Assembly (NCBI RefSeq): GCF_000143415.4 | Contig: NW_003314373.1 | Coordinates: forward strand, 324,719-388,718 | Reading direction: 5' to 3' | DNA: 64,000 nucleotides | From: Selaginella moellendorffii | Lineage: Eukaryota; Plantae; Lycopodiophyta | In this document: one piece after another, positions 36,477 through 50,399 of the stretch | How positions within the stretch are numbered: position 1 is the stretch's first letter | How the letters are laid out: each line of letters starts with the position of its first letter | Program-made: the position numbers and the translations under genes | Notes under the pieces: generated by a model | Seen by the model: the letters and a program-made list of their open reading frames with translations, nothing else | Told to the model about the DNA's origin: nothing | Databases searched by the model: none

Positions 36477-39400
36477 ATGTCGCACCTTCGACATGTACTG
36501 AATGCTATTCGACACAAACATACACATTCCACATACAATAATAACGTTGAAAACACTAACCAGCACCAGCAGACATATAACTTTTACAACAGTAATATTC
36601 AAGAGGCTACACAGTATTGACATCAAACAAATCTTAATAATCAAACTGAACAGCAGTCAATTTCCAATTCCTATTTGCCCCCTTCACCTCAGATTTGCAG
36701 CACACTTGCTAGCAATTACCTATATAATGATACATCTGTTTTGACAATGAATATAGGTCCTTTATCATATATTTGTAAATATTGTCATGCCTCACACTTT
36801 GCCGATGAGAACAAGTCTATTTGTTGCCAGAGTGGACAGGTCTACCTGCCTCCAATACTTCCATTACCACCTTTTCTGTATTTTGTATATAACTCACACA
36901 AACACTTTAATTTCAAGAGTAATATAAGACAATATAATAGTGCACTTGCTTTCGCGTCTATGGGAGCTAGTATTGATACTTTTACAGGTCATGGTCCATA
37001 CTGCTATAGAATTTATGGACAAATCTATCATAAAATTATGCCACAACATCCTTCAATACATCAAAATCCAAGTTACAGTCAATTGTACATGCTAGACTCC
37101 AATGAGGCTACTGATATCAGAAAACAAAACCCTTTTAACATTAACTGTGATTATAATTTACTGCTTCAACTAGATAAGATACTCCAACATATTAATCCAT
37201 ATGCACAAGCTTTTAGAATGATGTATGAATTGGAACGAGAAAATATTTCAAGAACTATTACTTCTGGTAGCAATTTACGTGGAGTATATATGCTCATTAA
37301 AAATGAAGGCACAGACCATCGTTGATATAATACTCCACAAACTAATGATGTTGCAATAGTTTTCCAAAATGAAGATGGTGTGCCACCTTTTGACCGTGAA
37401 ATATGCATTCATCCAAAATCTTCAGAACCACAACATATATTTATTTTAAGTGTTAATTGTGATCCTATGGTTTATCCATTGCTTTTTCCATATGGAGATA
37501 GAGCCTGGCATGACAAGCTTTCTTCTAACAAGCATGTAACACTCCTTCAATATTATGCCTATCGTTTGTCCAAAAGATATTCAACATTATCAACCTCTAC
37601 AGTTACATATGACCAAATTTTACATGCTGGAAAACTCACTCAACAATATATTGTGGATGCCTATGTTAAAAGTGAAAGCAACAATTTACAATACTATAGA
37701 TCTAATCAAAAAAGTATGAGAGTTGATTTTTATATAGATTTGATGGATTATGTTGCTGGCAAAGCTGCTGATGCAAATGCTCGACCAGGAAAAATATTTT
37801 ACCTTCTACTTTTACAGGAAGCCCAAGAGTTATGCAACAAAATTACCAAGATGCTATGGCAATTGTAACAAAATATGCAAAACCTGATATTTTCATAACT
37901 TTCACTTGCAACCCTAAATGGCCTGAGATATTACAGAATCTGCACCCGAAGGACCTGCTAGGGTTTTTAACATGAAGTTAAAATATTTTCTTCATGATAT
38001 TACACAAAATAATATCTTTGGAAGATGTATTGCATTTATATATGTCATTGAATTCCAAAAAAGAGGTTTGCCACATTGTCATTTCCTAAGTATATTAGAC
38101 AATGAAAGTAAAATTAAAGACCTTGTCACTATTAACCAATATGTATCTGCTCAATTATCTGACCCTTTATCAGAGAATAAACTATTTGAAATAATCACAT
38201 CACATATGATACATGGTCCATATGGATTACTAAATCCTCAAAGTCTATGTATGGAAAACAAAAAATGCTCCAAAAACTATCCCAAAAACTTCAATGACAG
38301 GACTATATATTGTGTGCATGGGTACCCAGAATATTTTAGGCTAAACAAGCCACACCTTTCTTAAAAATGATGTTCCAATTGATAATAGATGGATTGTCCC
38401 ATATAATAAATAGTTATGTAAAAAATACAAAGCCCATATAAATGTAGAAATATGTGCATCAATTAAAAGTATTAAGTATCTTTTTCAATATGTTTATAAA
38501 GGATATGATTGTGCAACCATTGAAATCCAAACAGCTACTCAGTCTGAAAACGTATTAAATTGGGATGAAATCACGAATTTTATAAATACCCGATACATTT
38601 CAGTACTAGAAGCTATTTGGAGGATATTTAAATTTAAAATGCATGGACGCTCACACCCTATAATATGTTTACCCGTACATCTTCCTGACTTCCAAAATGT
38701 GTATTTTACAGAAGGCTTGGAGCACAATGCCTTGCAAAGAGCAGCACGTAATGGAACAATGCTAACAAAATAGTTTAAACTCAATATTCATGATCTAAAT
38801 GCAAGACAATATACCTACATTGAAATATCTTTACATTATGTTTTCAATAAATCTACTAATGTATGGCAATGTCGAAAAAAGAAAAAGGTTATTCCTCGAC
38901 TATACTCAATATCTCCTCTAAATACTGAGTTGTACCACTTACGTATTATTCTTCTTCATAAAAGAGGTGTGACATCCTTCGACAATATTAAAATAGTTAA
39001 TAATGTAACTTATCAAAACTTTTAACAATTTGCTATTGCTATGGGTCTTCTTGATGATGATAACAAGTGGTATAACTGTTTACAAAAAGCATACAATTTT
39101 CAAATGCTTACACAATTGTGTCAACTCTTTACTTTCATATATATTTTTTACAATCCACAAGACCCATCATATCTTTGGGATGTTTTTAAGGGTTAGCTCT
39201 CTGAAGATTTTGGTAGAACAAATATTGTATGCCAATATAAACTTGCTTTAATAGACATTAACTCAAGAATGAAAATACATGGTAAAACAAACCAATTATA
39301 CAACTTACCTATCCCAATCCGAAATATCTCTATTCAATCAATACCAAATTGCAACCATTCATGTACCAAAATTTACCATCATATTAGAAACTGGAATGCT

Positions 39401-40692
39401 GAACAATTAATTATATTCAATGAAATTATTAACATTATCAAGTGCCCAACCTATACCAACCATTTTATTTTTATTGATAGCCCTGGCGGTACTAGTAAAA
39501 TATATTTATTAAATACAATGGTAAAATATTTTGAGTTTTACAATAAAAAAAGTGGTTTTTATGGCATGGACAAGCATTGCAAGCACACTACTACACAATG
39601 GACAAACGTCCCATACAACCTTTATGTTACCAGTTCCAATTAATAATACATCCATTTCTAATTTAACACCTAATAACAGTGCCGGTAGATCTATGAAAGC
39701 AATACAAGTGTTTATTTGGGATGAAATTAGTATAGTTCATACACTTGCCTTTTCAGTTGTCGACTGCTGCCTACGAGACTTGAAACAGAACAATTCTCCA
39801 TTTGGTGGCATTATTATTGTTATAAGTGGTGACTTCTGTCAAACATTATCAATTGTCCCACACAGTTATTAAACACAAATTGTTTCCACATCTGTAAGAA
39901 TGAATAGTCTATAGAATTTATTTAGAAAGTTCCAATTGCAAATAAATATGCGGCTTGGCCCCAAGTTCCCAGACTGGGCAGAATAGCTATTGAAAGTCGG
40001 TGATGGAAATAATTACACACAAAACCCTATTTTACCACTTGATTCTATCCTTTTTCCTTCAGAACTAATTAAAAGTACCTCTATTACTGATTTTGTATTC
40101 CCATGTATCGAAGACATTTCAAATGTTCAAATTGCAGCAAATAAAGCCATTTTAACACCTCTCAATGATGATATATTTCCAATTAACAACAACATTATCT
40201 CTCAATTACTAAGTCCACCTCAAATTTATACTAGCATTGACTCTGTTGATGTTGAACACCCGAGAAATATGCCTCCAACAATTGGATTATGCAATGGAAC
40301 TCAACTAATGGTCAAAAGAACTTCACCTAAAGTTTTGGACTGTGAAATAATTATAAGTGAATTTAAAGGTACTAGAACTTTTATCCCACGCATTAACTTA
40401 ACACCTTCTAATTCAGATGTTCCATTCCATATGTTTCGAAAACAATTTCCTCTTCATCTTGGATACTGCTTAACAATTTCAAAATGCAAAGGTTAAACAT
40501 TTGATCGTATAGGCATCTACTTACCTCAGTCAGTCTTTACTCATGGGCAGCTCTATATTGCACTCTCAAGATGCATATCACCACAACAACTTGCAATTCG
40601 AGTTGACACAACTCATATACAAGGCCACTTAATTCCATTCAATTCATCAACATTCATCATCAATACTGTATACAAAAAAACTTTATATTAAC
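36477..40692 (+). pseudogene. Helitron Rep/PIF1-helicase ORF with many stops and frameshifts
   Basis: DPMVYPLLFPYG, QQYIVDAYVK, PDIFITFTCNPKWPE, EFQKRGLPHCH, HINVEIC, DSPGGTSK (Walker A), WDEIS, GDFCQTL, GLCNGT, QFPL, VFTHGQLY. Confidence 0.95.
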
Positions 40693-42814
40693 TAACTCCT
40701 ATCCTACTACACCTTAAAACATAAAAACAAACTACAATAAACTTTGTTTATTTTTTAACTTTCCCTATGGCCCAATGGATAGCAATGGACTGGTGCTAGA
40801 GATGGAAGAATCATCTCACAAGGAAATTGTGAGATGTGAGCAAGTTCTGTCACAAAGATATGTTAGTGAGTTTGAGAAGCTTTGCCAACTACCTAGCATT
40901 GGCTGGGCAAATACTAGTGTAATCTATAAATCTCAATTACAAACAATGTATAAAGAGTTTAGAGCAAATTCAAAAGTTTTGTGTTTGATTGGTGATGTTG
41001 GAAGTTTAGCCAAAGGATTACTTCACTATTACAGTGTTAGTGACTAACATGTTTATGCTGTTTGAGTAAATAGCTAAAGTATTAAATGCAATTATATATT
41101 AAAGAGCTAAAATTTTTAAGTGTAACGATACAGTAGAAAGTGGACTTGGCAAATGGGACATACTAAATGCTAAGAATAAGAAAAGATTATGCTTATAAGT
41201 TTAAAATAAAGTTTTTGATACATTACTCAAAAAATCATAGGTTAACCTGTAGTGAGAGCCTTTGACTGTTAATAACGTGGCAAGCTGGGTGCAGACGTTA
41301 TTGATAGTCAACAGGCAAGCATATGCATGGTCACTGGCCCTCACAGGCAGGCCCAGATGTGGTTATGACACGTGGCAACATTTGAGAAGTGTATAGCAAC
41401 TGTATATGTTCTCAGAACAAGCAAGGGACCTATGAAAGTTCATTATAACTTCATAGAAAATGGCTTTCAAATGATAAATTATTTTAACAATAGTATCTAT
41501 TATTAATAATATTTATTTTTTATATTTATTTCATCTAAAGGGATCACTTCTCTTACTTTGTCTATGCCAGCTATGATAGAGATCTCTCTGCCATGACGTT
41601 ATATCAGGAGGGAATGATTGAAAAGGAATTAAAAGTGTCAATGACCATGGCTCAATAAATGGTTTCATAGCAAGGACATGGGCAAGATCGGATAATGAAG
41701 ATGTTAAAATGATGATAATGACATTTTCTGTATATTCACTGAGCTGCTTGATTTGGTTGAACCAACATATAAAATGTCTAACAGGTTTAGTTTGGTATGC
41801 AGTATTTTATTATGTTTTTTTAATCTAATATTATTCTACTAAAGTTACTAAAGTTATAACCACTAAACTTTGTATACTCCTCACAAGAATATTGCACATA
41901 ATGCAACCATAGTCCATTGGAGTCATTGTCATAGCCTGATGGTCCCAAGTGCATACACAGTGGATTTATCTCAAAACTTGGTTCTTCTTGATCATCATCG
42001 ATGGAATCTGATCAACAGAAGGGTGTCATTGGAAAGAAATCAAAGCTTGCTTGTTTACCTTGTGCCTGTTGCTAGTCACTCCTTGCTGCTGAGTCTGCTG
42101 TTCCACCCCTTTTGGAGAATTTTCATGAAGGTAAATTTTGTTGTTGGCAATGGGGGCTGCATATCTAGAATGTGAGAGAAAAAAGCTTAGCAATCGAATC
42201 GAGAGACTAAGGCTTAATTTGCTTGCCTGGTGAGTTCTTCCTGCATTCAACGATTTGGACACTCCATCCATGCTTAGATGCACAAACCTTGTATAAGCTT
42301 CTTTTCCTTTGTTATCCTGTTCTTCACAAACTTGGAAAACTTGAGAGTGCTGTAAGAAACTCCTTACAAACATGATGTTTACCTCCACAATGCTGCTCCC
42401 TTCTCATGCATCATAATAAATGGCAACATTCTTGAGAAAAATCTTATGTACAAGCCAATAACATGAATTTTTTATCACCATATCAAATGTGTTTGACTTA
42501 ATGATAATTTAGGATTTCCTTTTATAATGCCTTTTTGGTCTATGTGCACACTTGCTGATAAGTGGAGACCAATAAAAAGAATTAAAAGTATCAACCTCTT
42601 GCCATTATAACAGTAAGGAGAGAAAGAGAGTGAGAAAGAGTGGTTTTTTACCTCTTCTTCTGGAAACATACTTAGCGATGTATACTTTGCAAAGTCTACC
42701 ATTCTTGATCTTCAAGCATCACATAGAGACATAGCAAAATTTAAAAAGCGAAGGAAAGCTTGAACAGCTGATAGAAAATAAAAGAGTTGAAAGAAAAATT
42801 GCATGAAAAGAGCT

Positions 42815-43535
42815 AGTTTACGGAATAAAGGTCCAGTGTTGTGCTCTGCTTGCAGGATGCCAAGCACAGTGTTCTTGCAGTACTGCCCAAGTATGGGCCT
42901 AAAGAACAATTGCTCAAAGTTTTCTTCCTTGCAAGCAGTAGAATTTTTCGGCACTCACTGGTATAGATGCTGGTCCCTCGTGGAGATTTAAAATACTCTC
43001 TGCCAGAACTGGTGGCTCATGCCTGGCTATCAATAAGACTAGAGACCAATGAAAGGACTTCAGAAGTGATGTGAAGCACCTGTGAACGAAGTGGATCAGT
43101 TTTTTTGTTGTTCGAATTCTAAATTCGTTATCACATTTTCTATCCTCTACCAAAATCCGGCCTGATCGAACAGCATCAACCTGCAAGTAAAACGCCAGGT
43201 TTGAAAAACTCATATAATACTCATACGGCCTTTGCCTGAATTCGTCGGCAAACATGTCCACGACTGTCTTTCCAGACCATCGCTGTTTCATCTGAGCAAC
43301 AAGAAAAAAGAGAAAATCAAGTTTTTCTTTCGAAATCGGCGAAACAAAAAAAAGAGAGAGAGCTAATTTCTTTCAAAACCACGTACATGAGCAAGAACTC
43401 GAAATACTACGGTAGCACGAATCGCATTTCATTGTGACACAATGAAATGCAGGCAGTAGCTCACGGGCAGAGCATTCCATCGTATCTTACCTCCCACGAT
43501 GATGTAATGCGAGGGGGTTCTCCCACGTCTCCATT
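42815..43535 (-). pseudogene. 5' fragment of an RluA-family RNA pseudouridine synthase
   Basis: P*YFEF, KQRWSGKTVVDMFADEFRQRPYEYY, HFVHR/HEPPV, GQYCKNTVLGILQAEH; truncated before the catalytic HRLD. Confidence 0.75.
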
Positions 43536-43687
43536 GCTGTCTAGACCCTAAACATTGTTTAAAAAGTTAGTATATTTTTTATTTCAAGCTAAAGGTATTT
43601 TTAATATTAATAATCAATGGGAGGTTAGCCATAATTTAGTTAAGATTGTGCATTTTCCATTAATTTGATTATTACCAAGTCACTCTT

Positions 43688-46600
43688 TTAAGAAGGTGTT
43701 ACTTCGAAGTACACAGCGTATTTTTCATCACTGTAGGAAGAGAGTGGAAACATCAGGTAAGTGTCGTTGTCACCATAAGCCTCAAAACTCATGGGATGAT
43801 ACGAGGCTCTTCCCGCGGTCACACCGAAACTGGCTGCCATCTTGTTGAATCTTTCGCACTCAAGAGTGATATCCCTTCCTTGAGCAACCAAGAAGCAACC
43901 TTGGATGCCGCTGGCCTCGAAAGAAATTTCTCCCGGATGACCAGAGAGCGCTGAACGTAGCTTAAACACCGAAGAACTCGAGGGGAAACCCGAGCTCTTG
44001 CCGTTAGTAAGCCTGACACCATCTTCAATCCCAAAATGAGTGACAAACCTCCCCGGCCGATTCAAGAGCTCGAGAGATACCTCCCGATCGAGCAGCAAGC
44101 TTGTAACATCCTTGACTTGAAACTTCTCTATCGTCTTCAGAGATGGTAGTAACTTAAGTCTGAAAGTTGCGAGAGGAGCTTCTTCGGAGCCGTGTTGAGG
44201 CTTGCTGATCATGGACAACGCTCCATCGCTGCTTGCTGCTAGATACTGGAGCTTTCCTTGTTGGAGTTGCGTGAAGCTAAACAGATTACTGTCACGCACC
44301 GGTTTTATCCATCTCGAAGGAGTCGATACGTTGACGGATCCAAGTTTATAATTGCCATCGCTCATCCCAGCCAGGAGGTAAGGACCGTAGTATATCGCGT
44401 AGAGCGATGAGTACTTTGAGCGCTCATCTAGATCATTTTCAAAAGCGAGTGTAAAACTTATATCGAGAGCTTCCATTCGTTACCTTGGATCTTTTCGAGC
44501 CTTAGCATGGCCGAGAAGGTAAAGGATAATTTATCTCCGGTCTTCCATTCTCGTGACACATCGAAGAACGTTCCTGTGAGAATCGAGCTTTAGAGAATCC
44601 AATCCATGCTATATGCCAGGAAACGAAAGAACCCGTACCTGGTGTTAAGTTTTGAAGCTCAAGTCCGTTGAGAAGGCACCTGGAGGATTGAGCCCAGTAA
44701 GGCACCCGAACGGACAACTTTGCTTCGCTAGTTTTTCCAAGCACAAGCTTCTGCAAGTTTCGCTTCAACAAAACTGGCCAGAGGAGAAAATTTTAGCCTC
44801 ACCTGTGTGAAATTGAATGTGACCGTCATCACAGGATCAGTCGAGGTCATATGATAAACCCGTTGATCTACGCTGAGACCAGCGGCAGTCCACAAAACTT
44901 TAGACGACAAATATTGGATCACGTATAGCTGTGGAGTGTCTTGTACTTCATCTGTGAAGTAAATGGAGTCTCCAAGCTTGGAAAAAGACTCGATTGCTAC
45001 AAACATGTGCAAGTTTTGGACATAAGAAGGAGAAGAGAAGAACATACCGGTTCCATAGCAGCACCAGAAAGACGAAAATGGTGTTCCCCAGCCATGATAG
45101 GACGTCGCTTTGGAGCTTCCAGGGGCAAGAGGAAGCATGTAGATCATAACTCCAGGCTCTTTTCCTCGTTGAATTGTGAGAACCCCGTTGATTAACGCTC
45201 TCTCGTAGAAATCAGCGTAATGCATTTGCTTTGTCCAGCGGAAGAGATTTCGTGCCACCTAAAGCAGTCAAACAGCATGTAACGATAAAACTAAAAAAGA
45301 GAAAAGACTTCCTAATAGAAACCTTGAGCATGTTGTAAGTTGTACAAGATTCCTCGTTTTCGGTTCCCAGAGTATCTCCAAGTCTACTCGGATCGGACCT
45401 GAATTATAAACAGGCCCAGATCTCAGATTGAGCTTACTTGATAAATCCTTACCAGAATTCGCCGGCAGACGTCCCCCCTGTAGCATATGTATGGGAGGAG
45501 CTCACGATTTTCATGAAATATTCGCTTAAATCCTGAAAAAAAACTCGCTAACTCTCATGCTTACAACTGGATTAAAAGCTGGACCTTATAAAGCTTATCA
45601 CCCACAACTTCGTACCGCAATTGAGCACCAATCACAATGGGTATGTGAGTGTTGGCATGAAAGCCCGATATGCTATCAGCCTGGAAAAATTACCAGAAAA
45701 AAAAGAAGGCAAGCAAAAATGTAAGAAAGAAAACAGAAGAAAACAGAAGAATTACCCGAACAGCCAACAATCCTAGGAAACATGGTTTATCAAACAAGTG
45801 TGCCAACTTTAAGTGTTTCGCATCTCCCTGAGAATGGTTTTTTCGTCAGGATCAACCAAGCCAAGCTGTGAAGAGCTTACCGTAATTTGATAGACACGAT
45901 ACAAGACATCGTTCATCCCGCCAGTCTCCTCGTTTAGTGATTGCCAGTGTCTCTCGATGCTATACTTCTCAATGACCCTCTCAACGCGGCTCCCAAAGTA
46001 ATCAGTCATGCCTAACAGCATCTCGAATGCAAGACTGTTCGCGGCGTACGTATACTGATCCAAAAGTCCTGCCATAATCTTTCAAGGGAACAAAAAAAAC
46101 ACAGGACTACGTTGGAAGTTCAAGGAAAAAAAAAACAAGAAAGCTCTATACCTTGTGAATCGTGTAGTATGGTGCCCAAACAGACTCCAGAGCTTCGAAA
46201 CGATCAAACAAGCTGGTTGGAAAAGCAGACAAGTATCCAGTTCCAATCTTTGCCTGGCACTCGGCCAAAGCTGCTACAACAGCATTCATGTTTTCGTAGA
46301 TGGTGAGGTTGTGAGTGGAGGCCCAAGTCATTGCACTCGCACTGAGATAATGCCCTGCAAATGGAAACTTAAGATCACCGAGGAAAGAATCGTTTCACAC
46401 ATACCCACGAAATGGCCCCGGAGCTCTGAGGTCGGAAGCTCCCATCCTCCATAGGCCGATCCCGAGGCGTTCAACCCAGCAGTGGTTCTAAAACTATACA
46501 CCAAGTTGTCCACATCGAGCATCAGCAAGTAGTCGAGATTGGTTTGCTGCGCAATTGCCTGCCACGAATCCGGCAAAAGCCTCACGTCGTGCAGTGAAAC

Positions 46601-46846
46601 AGCCTCAAGAAAGGAATTGTTTCGCTGCTGCTGGAGGACTCTCCTCCTGGAGAATTCTAGCGAACCTGTGGCGGTGGTGGTGTTCCAGCTGCTGGCGGTG
46701 GACGTGAGCTCCAGGCCGGAATCGAATGCCGCGAGGAGCTGAGACCGCAAGGTGTGTGAAACCCCAGTGTTGGTGCACATCTTTCCATGGCCAAGCGGGC
46801 AGAGGAGTGGCAGCAGAGTGAGTACCAGGAGCGAGAAAGGGATCAT
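43688..46846 (-). CDS. Secreted GH127 (beta-L-arabinofuranosidase-like) protein with C-terminal AbfB-like region, multi-exon
   Basis: YGGWE...ELRGHFVGHYLSA, WAPYYTIHK, ETGGMND, HANTHIP, ESCTTYNMLK, FWCCYGT; signal peptide; short introns. Confidence 0.92.
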
Positions 46847-47107
46847 CGTTCGCCTTCTAGACTTCCTGGAAAAGAAACAAGAAGATCATGGAAAGATCAA
46901 GCTTAAGAACAAGCAAGGATGTAAATAAAAGATCCTAAAAAGAGAAAAATAAGGAGAGAAACCCCTTGTCTGGTTTCGATGATGCTGCATTATCCTCTAG
47001 CGCAATGATCCTCCATTCCTTGGAATGCAAGGAAAGCTACCATCACAAACCATCTCCACTCTCGATGCAATCATAAACTTTGCTTCTTTAGATAGCTTCT
47101 CAAGAAA

Positions 47108-47770
47108 TTGCATGATCATTCGAGTCCAAGACCTCCTTTTTGCATGGATGATTGCCTCAGGCTTATTGATTCTTGCAATACACTTTCTTTTGCTCGGCAG
47201 ATTCGAGCTCGTCTTGACTGTGCCGGCACTGTGTTTATCTCCAACAAGCTCATTGAGATGTTTGGCAGGTGTGGTGGAGTGCAAGATGCCGAGAGTGTCC
47301 TCTATGCGATGGACAAGAGGGATCCCTTCTCGTGGGATGCAATGCTCCTGGCGTATACGAATAACTCTTGGCTGACCCAGGCAAGGGTTTTCTTTTTTGA
47401 TCTAATGCCGGAACAGAGCCTCATTGCCTGGACTGCAATACTCGTGGCACATACCCACACAGGTCACCACTGGTTTTTGTCGATGCAAGCTGACTTTAAC
47501 GTCAAACCCAACCAGCGGCACTTTTGTTGTATGGTTGATCTTTTGGGACGTGCTAGCTATTTGGTTGATGCAGAGGATTTAATTGCTAATATGCCCTTTG
47601 AGCCGGATATTTTAGAGTGGACGTGTTTTCTTGGAGCTTGCAAGAGTCACAGCCATGTTGCATTTGGAACTAATGCAGTAAAGAATGTGCTCGACCTTTG
47701 TCCTAGGGGTGAAGCTCCTCAAGCGTATCCTTTGCTTGCAAATTTAATTGGTCAAAATCTGGCTTTTTAG
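47108..47770 (+). pseudogene. PPR gene with a large in-frame internal deletion
   Basis: Matches 56011-57780 but lacks 1128 bp between two ACCCA microhomologies. Confidence 0.85.
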
Positions 47771-47820
47771 TAACTCTTTTGCTTTAAAGAGATGTTATAT
47801 GATAATTTATTTTAGACATG

Positions 47821-48650
47821 TCAATGAGAACATAACTTATCACTACCTAATGCCCACCAAACATTGTTAGGACGTTTTTCAGAGTATATAACTACATTAC
47901 AATCATTTTGAATAGTAAAAAATAAAGTGCAACAAAGGAATTTACAAAATTGATTAATTTCCCATACTGTTTTCTCTATTAGATTTAAAATAAGATTACC
48001 ATTGTTTTGAAATTTCAACATACAATTATAACCATATTGTGTAGTACTTGATTCCCAAATTTTATTTCTTTCAAAGTACAAAACAAGGTTGCAATGTGAT
48101 TCAAGAATAAAAACAACTTTACCATTTGGAGAAATTAAAAAGTGATCTGTATAAAGTGTTGAAGGATTACTTATAGAATTGACTTCTAAATAACAATTAG
48201 AATTATAATAATATTTTCTTTCTAATAGAGATATATTTTCTTTTTTAGATATATGTAAATCTGTAATTTGAACCATAATCTCAAGACTTCCATCATATAA
48301 TATAACATAGCCAACTTTGTTTTCCTTTTTATAAAACAGTTACTGAAAATAAATTTTAGAGCTTGCTCAAAATCATGTTGTATTTCTTCAAAGCTTACAA
48401 TTTTTAAGCTTAATGTAAATGTAAAATTTATGTTATTTCAGGAAAATTTATATATTTTATTTTCTATATTATTTCTTAACAGTATATAGCTAATGTTTAA
48501 GAAGTTAGAGTAGTCTTGAGGTGAAGGCATATTATGATGAGTAGAATTAATAACACATTCTTGAATAGATCTATTAGATACATATGCTTGACATTCATAA
48601 AAGCTTAGAATAATAATAAATAATATCAATATTGCCATTTTTATCTCCAT
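47821..48650 (-). pseudogene. Secreted LDL-like domain + bulb-type (GNA) lectin fusion, disrupted copy
   Basis: Signal peptide; TGA stop at 48438 and a 1-bp deletion near 48320; lectin motifs ESHCNLVLY, QNNGNLILN, QNDCNVVIY. Confidence 0.8.
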
Positions 48651-50399
48651 AATATAAATATAATTGTATCATATATAAAAGTATATCCATTTTAAAAGTA
48701 ATATTTCACTTTTGGTTTAATGCACCAAACAAAATTTTATTGTCTCCAATATAATGATATGTATAATAGCACATATCCTAAGAATATAATCATCTGACTG
48801 ATGTAGAGAAAAATGTTCACTCCCACTCTTCTGGGAAATTGTATGGATATAAACAGTGATTAAATAGTATATATATATATATATATAAAGAGAGAGAGGT
48901 TAATTTAAAGTGTTGCATATTATTTAGAAACTTTTAAGTTTTTTTTTTCTATACATTATCCTTAGTTTTTATCCTTTTATGCCAACATGCTGTACCATGC
49001 CATTGATCAAATTCCATGTTGCTTGAGACTGCCTTTTATTTTATTATCCTCACCTAAAACATTGCTCTTACTATCATATCACTAGATATTAGATATGTCA
49101 TGAGGTGTAATTTATTAGTGTTATTTTGTATATATGCTTAAGATGGATAAAATCTTGGAGCGTTGCTATATCCATCTTTTGTGGGATGTGATTATGAAAT
49201 TTCTCTTACTTTTAAAATTGTATTACTATTTGAAATTAATATGAGTGTGATCAGTTATTTCTTAAATTCAAAGGATCAAGTTTGTGAGAAGATGATGTCT
49301 GAGCTCAATTTAATTAATGAGTTCAATAACATTAGAAACAAGTTAAAGATTTCCTAAGATAATTAATATCACTCCTTAATTTTGTCTTTTGATTCTTTTA
49401 TCTCTATCTTCTTAATTTTTTCCATTTGTTCTCCTTTCTTGATTTTTTATATTTATCCTTAAATCTATAGTCTTTTCTTCCCATATTTTTTCTAGTGTAT
49501 GTGTTGATTCACAGTTTAAAGTTTTTTATTTAAATATGTCATCACTAGTAATGAGTAATCAAGTAAACTGTTGCAAATCAAAATAGAAAATGAAGAGGAA
49601 TTTAAGTATAACTTAGATTTAGAGAAATTAAATATGCATTTAAGTGAATTCTCTCTAAATTTATATAATTTATATGTTATTTTTTTTACTCACAATTAAA
49701 ATATAAATAAGTTATTATTCTACCAATCGAATAGGCTCTTTGGCACACAGCCAAGAATGCGGTGGACATGGAGATGATAAAGCCATAGTACCAACATGAT
49801 TTATTAGACACTTCTTTATTAGACCCATGTTGCACTTACAAAGGGAATTGGGATGAGGTGTTAACTATCCACAAGGTGATGACAAAAAAAAGATTGAGGA
49901 AAAAAATTAAGAGGACCTTAATCATGGTGAAGAATAGGTTACATGAGTTCATAGTGAGCAATTGCAATCATTTATGGTGGGACTCAAATGGTTAAAAAGG
50001 CTTATCCAGCCATAATGATAGAGGATATAGGGAATGGTGACCCATAATTTGGGCAAGAAGGATTTAGTGTGTTGTAATAACAAGAAATTTATAATGGCAT
50101 TTGGATGTTGAGCACACTACCCAAAAACTTTGCTGTGCCCAAGGAAAGAATTGCCCAAGCTTCAACAAGTGCCTAGCCATGCTATTCATGTTAAAGAGGG
50201 TACTATCAATTTTGGTAATGAAATATTTAATCTTTCTAGTGTGTATGATGACAAAATAGTAGTGCTTAGGTGTTTTTAACATTATATAATAACAATACAA
50301 TTATAAAAACATCTTCTTGAAAACAATTGGAACATGTATACTATCTATCATACCCCATAACTTATTCAAACCATCATGTAAATGGTTAAGTAATAAAAA

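Larger units (their letters stand above)
30556..40917 (+). mobile_element. Helitron, ~10.4 kb, decayed autonomous type with captured host fragments
   Basis: 5' A|TC start; 3' CCTAGC-ATTG-GCTGGG hairpin then CTAG|T at 40914-40918; contains Rep/PIF1 helicase and RPA-like remnants. Confidence 0.8.

Noticed and set aside
40765-40799. Alternative Helitron 3' end (GCTAG|A)
   Set aside because: Weak hairpin and not followed by T; 40917 fits better
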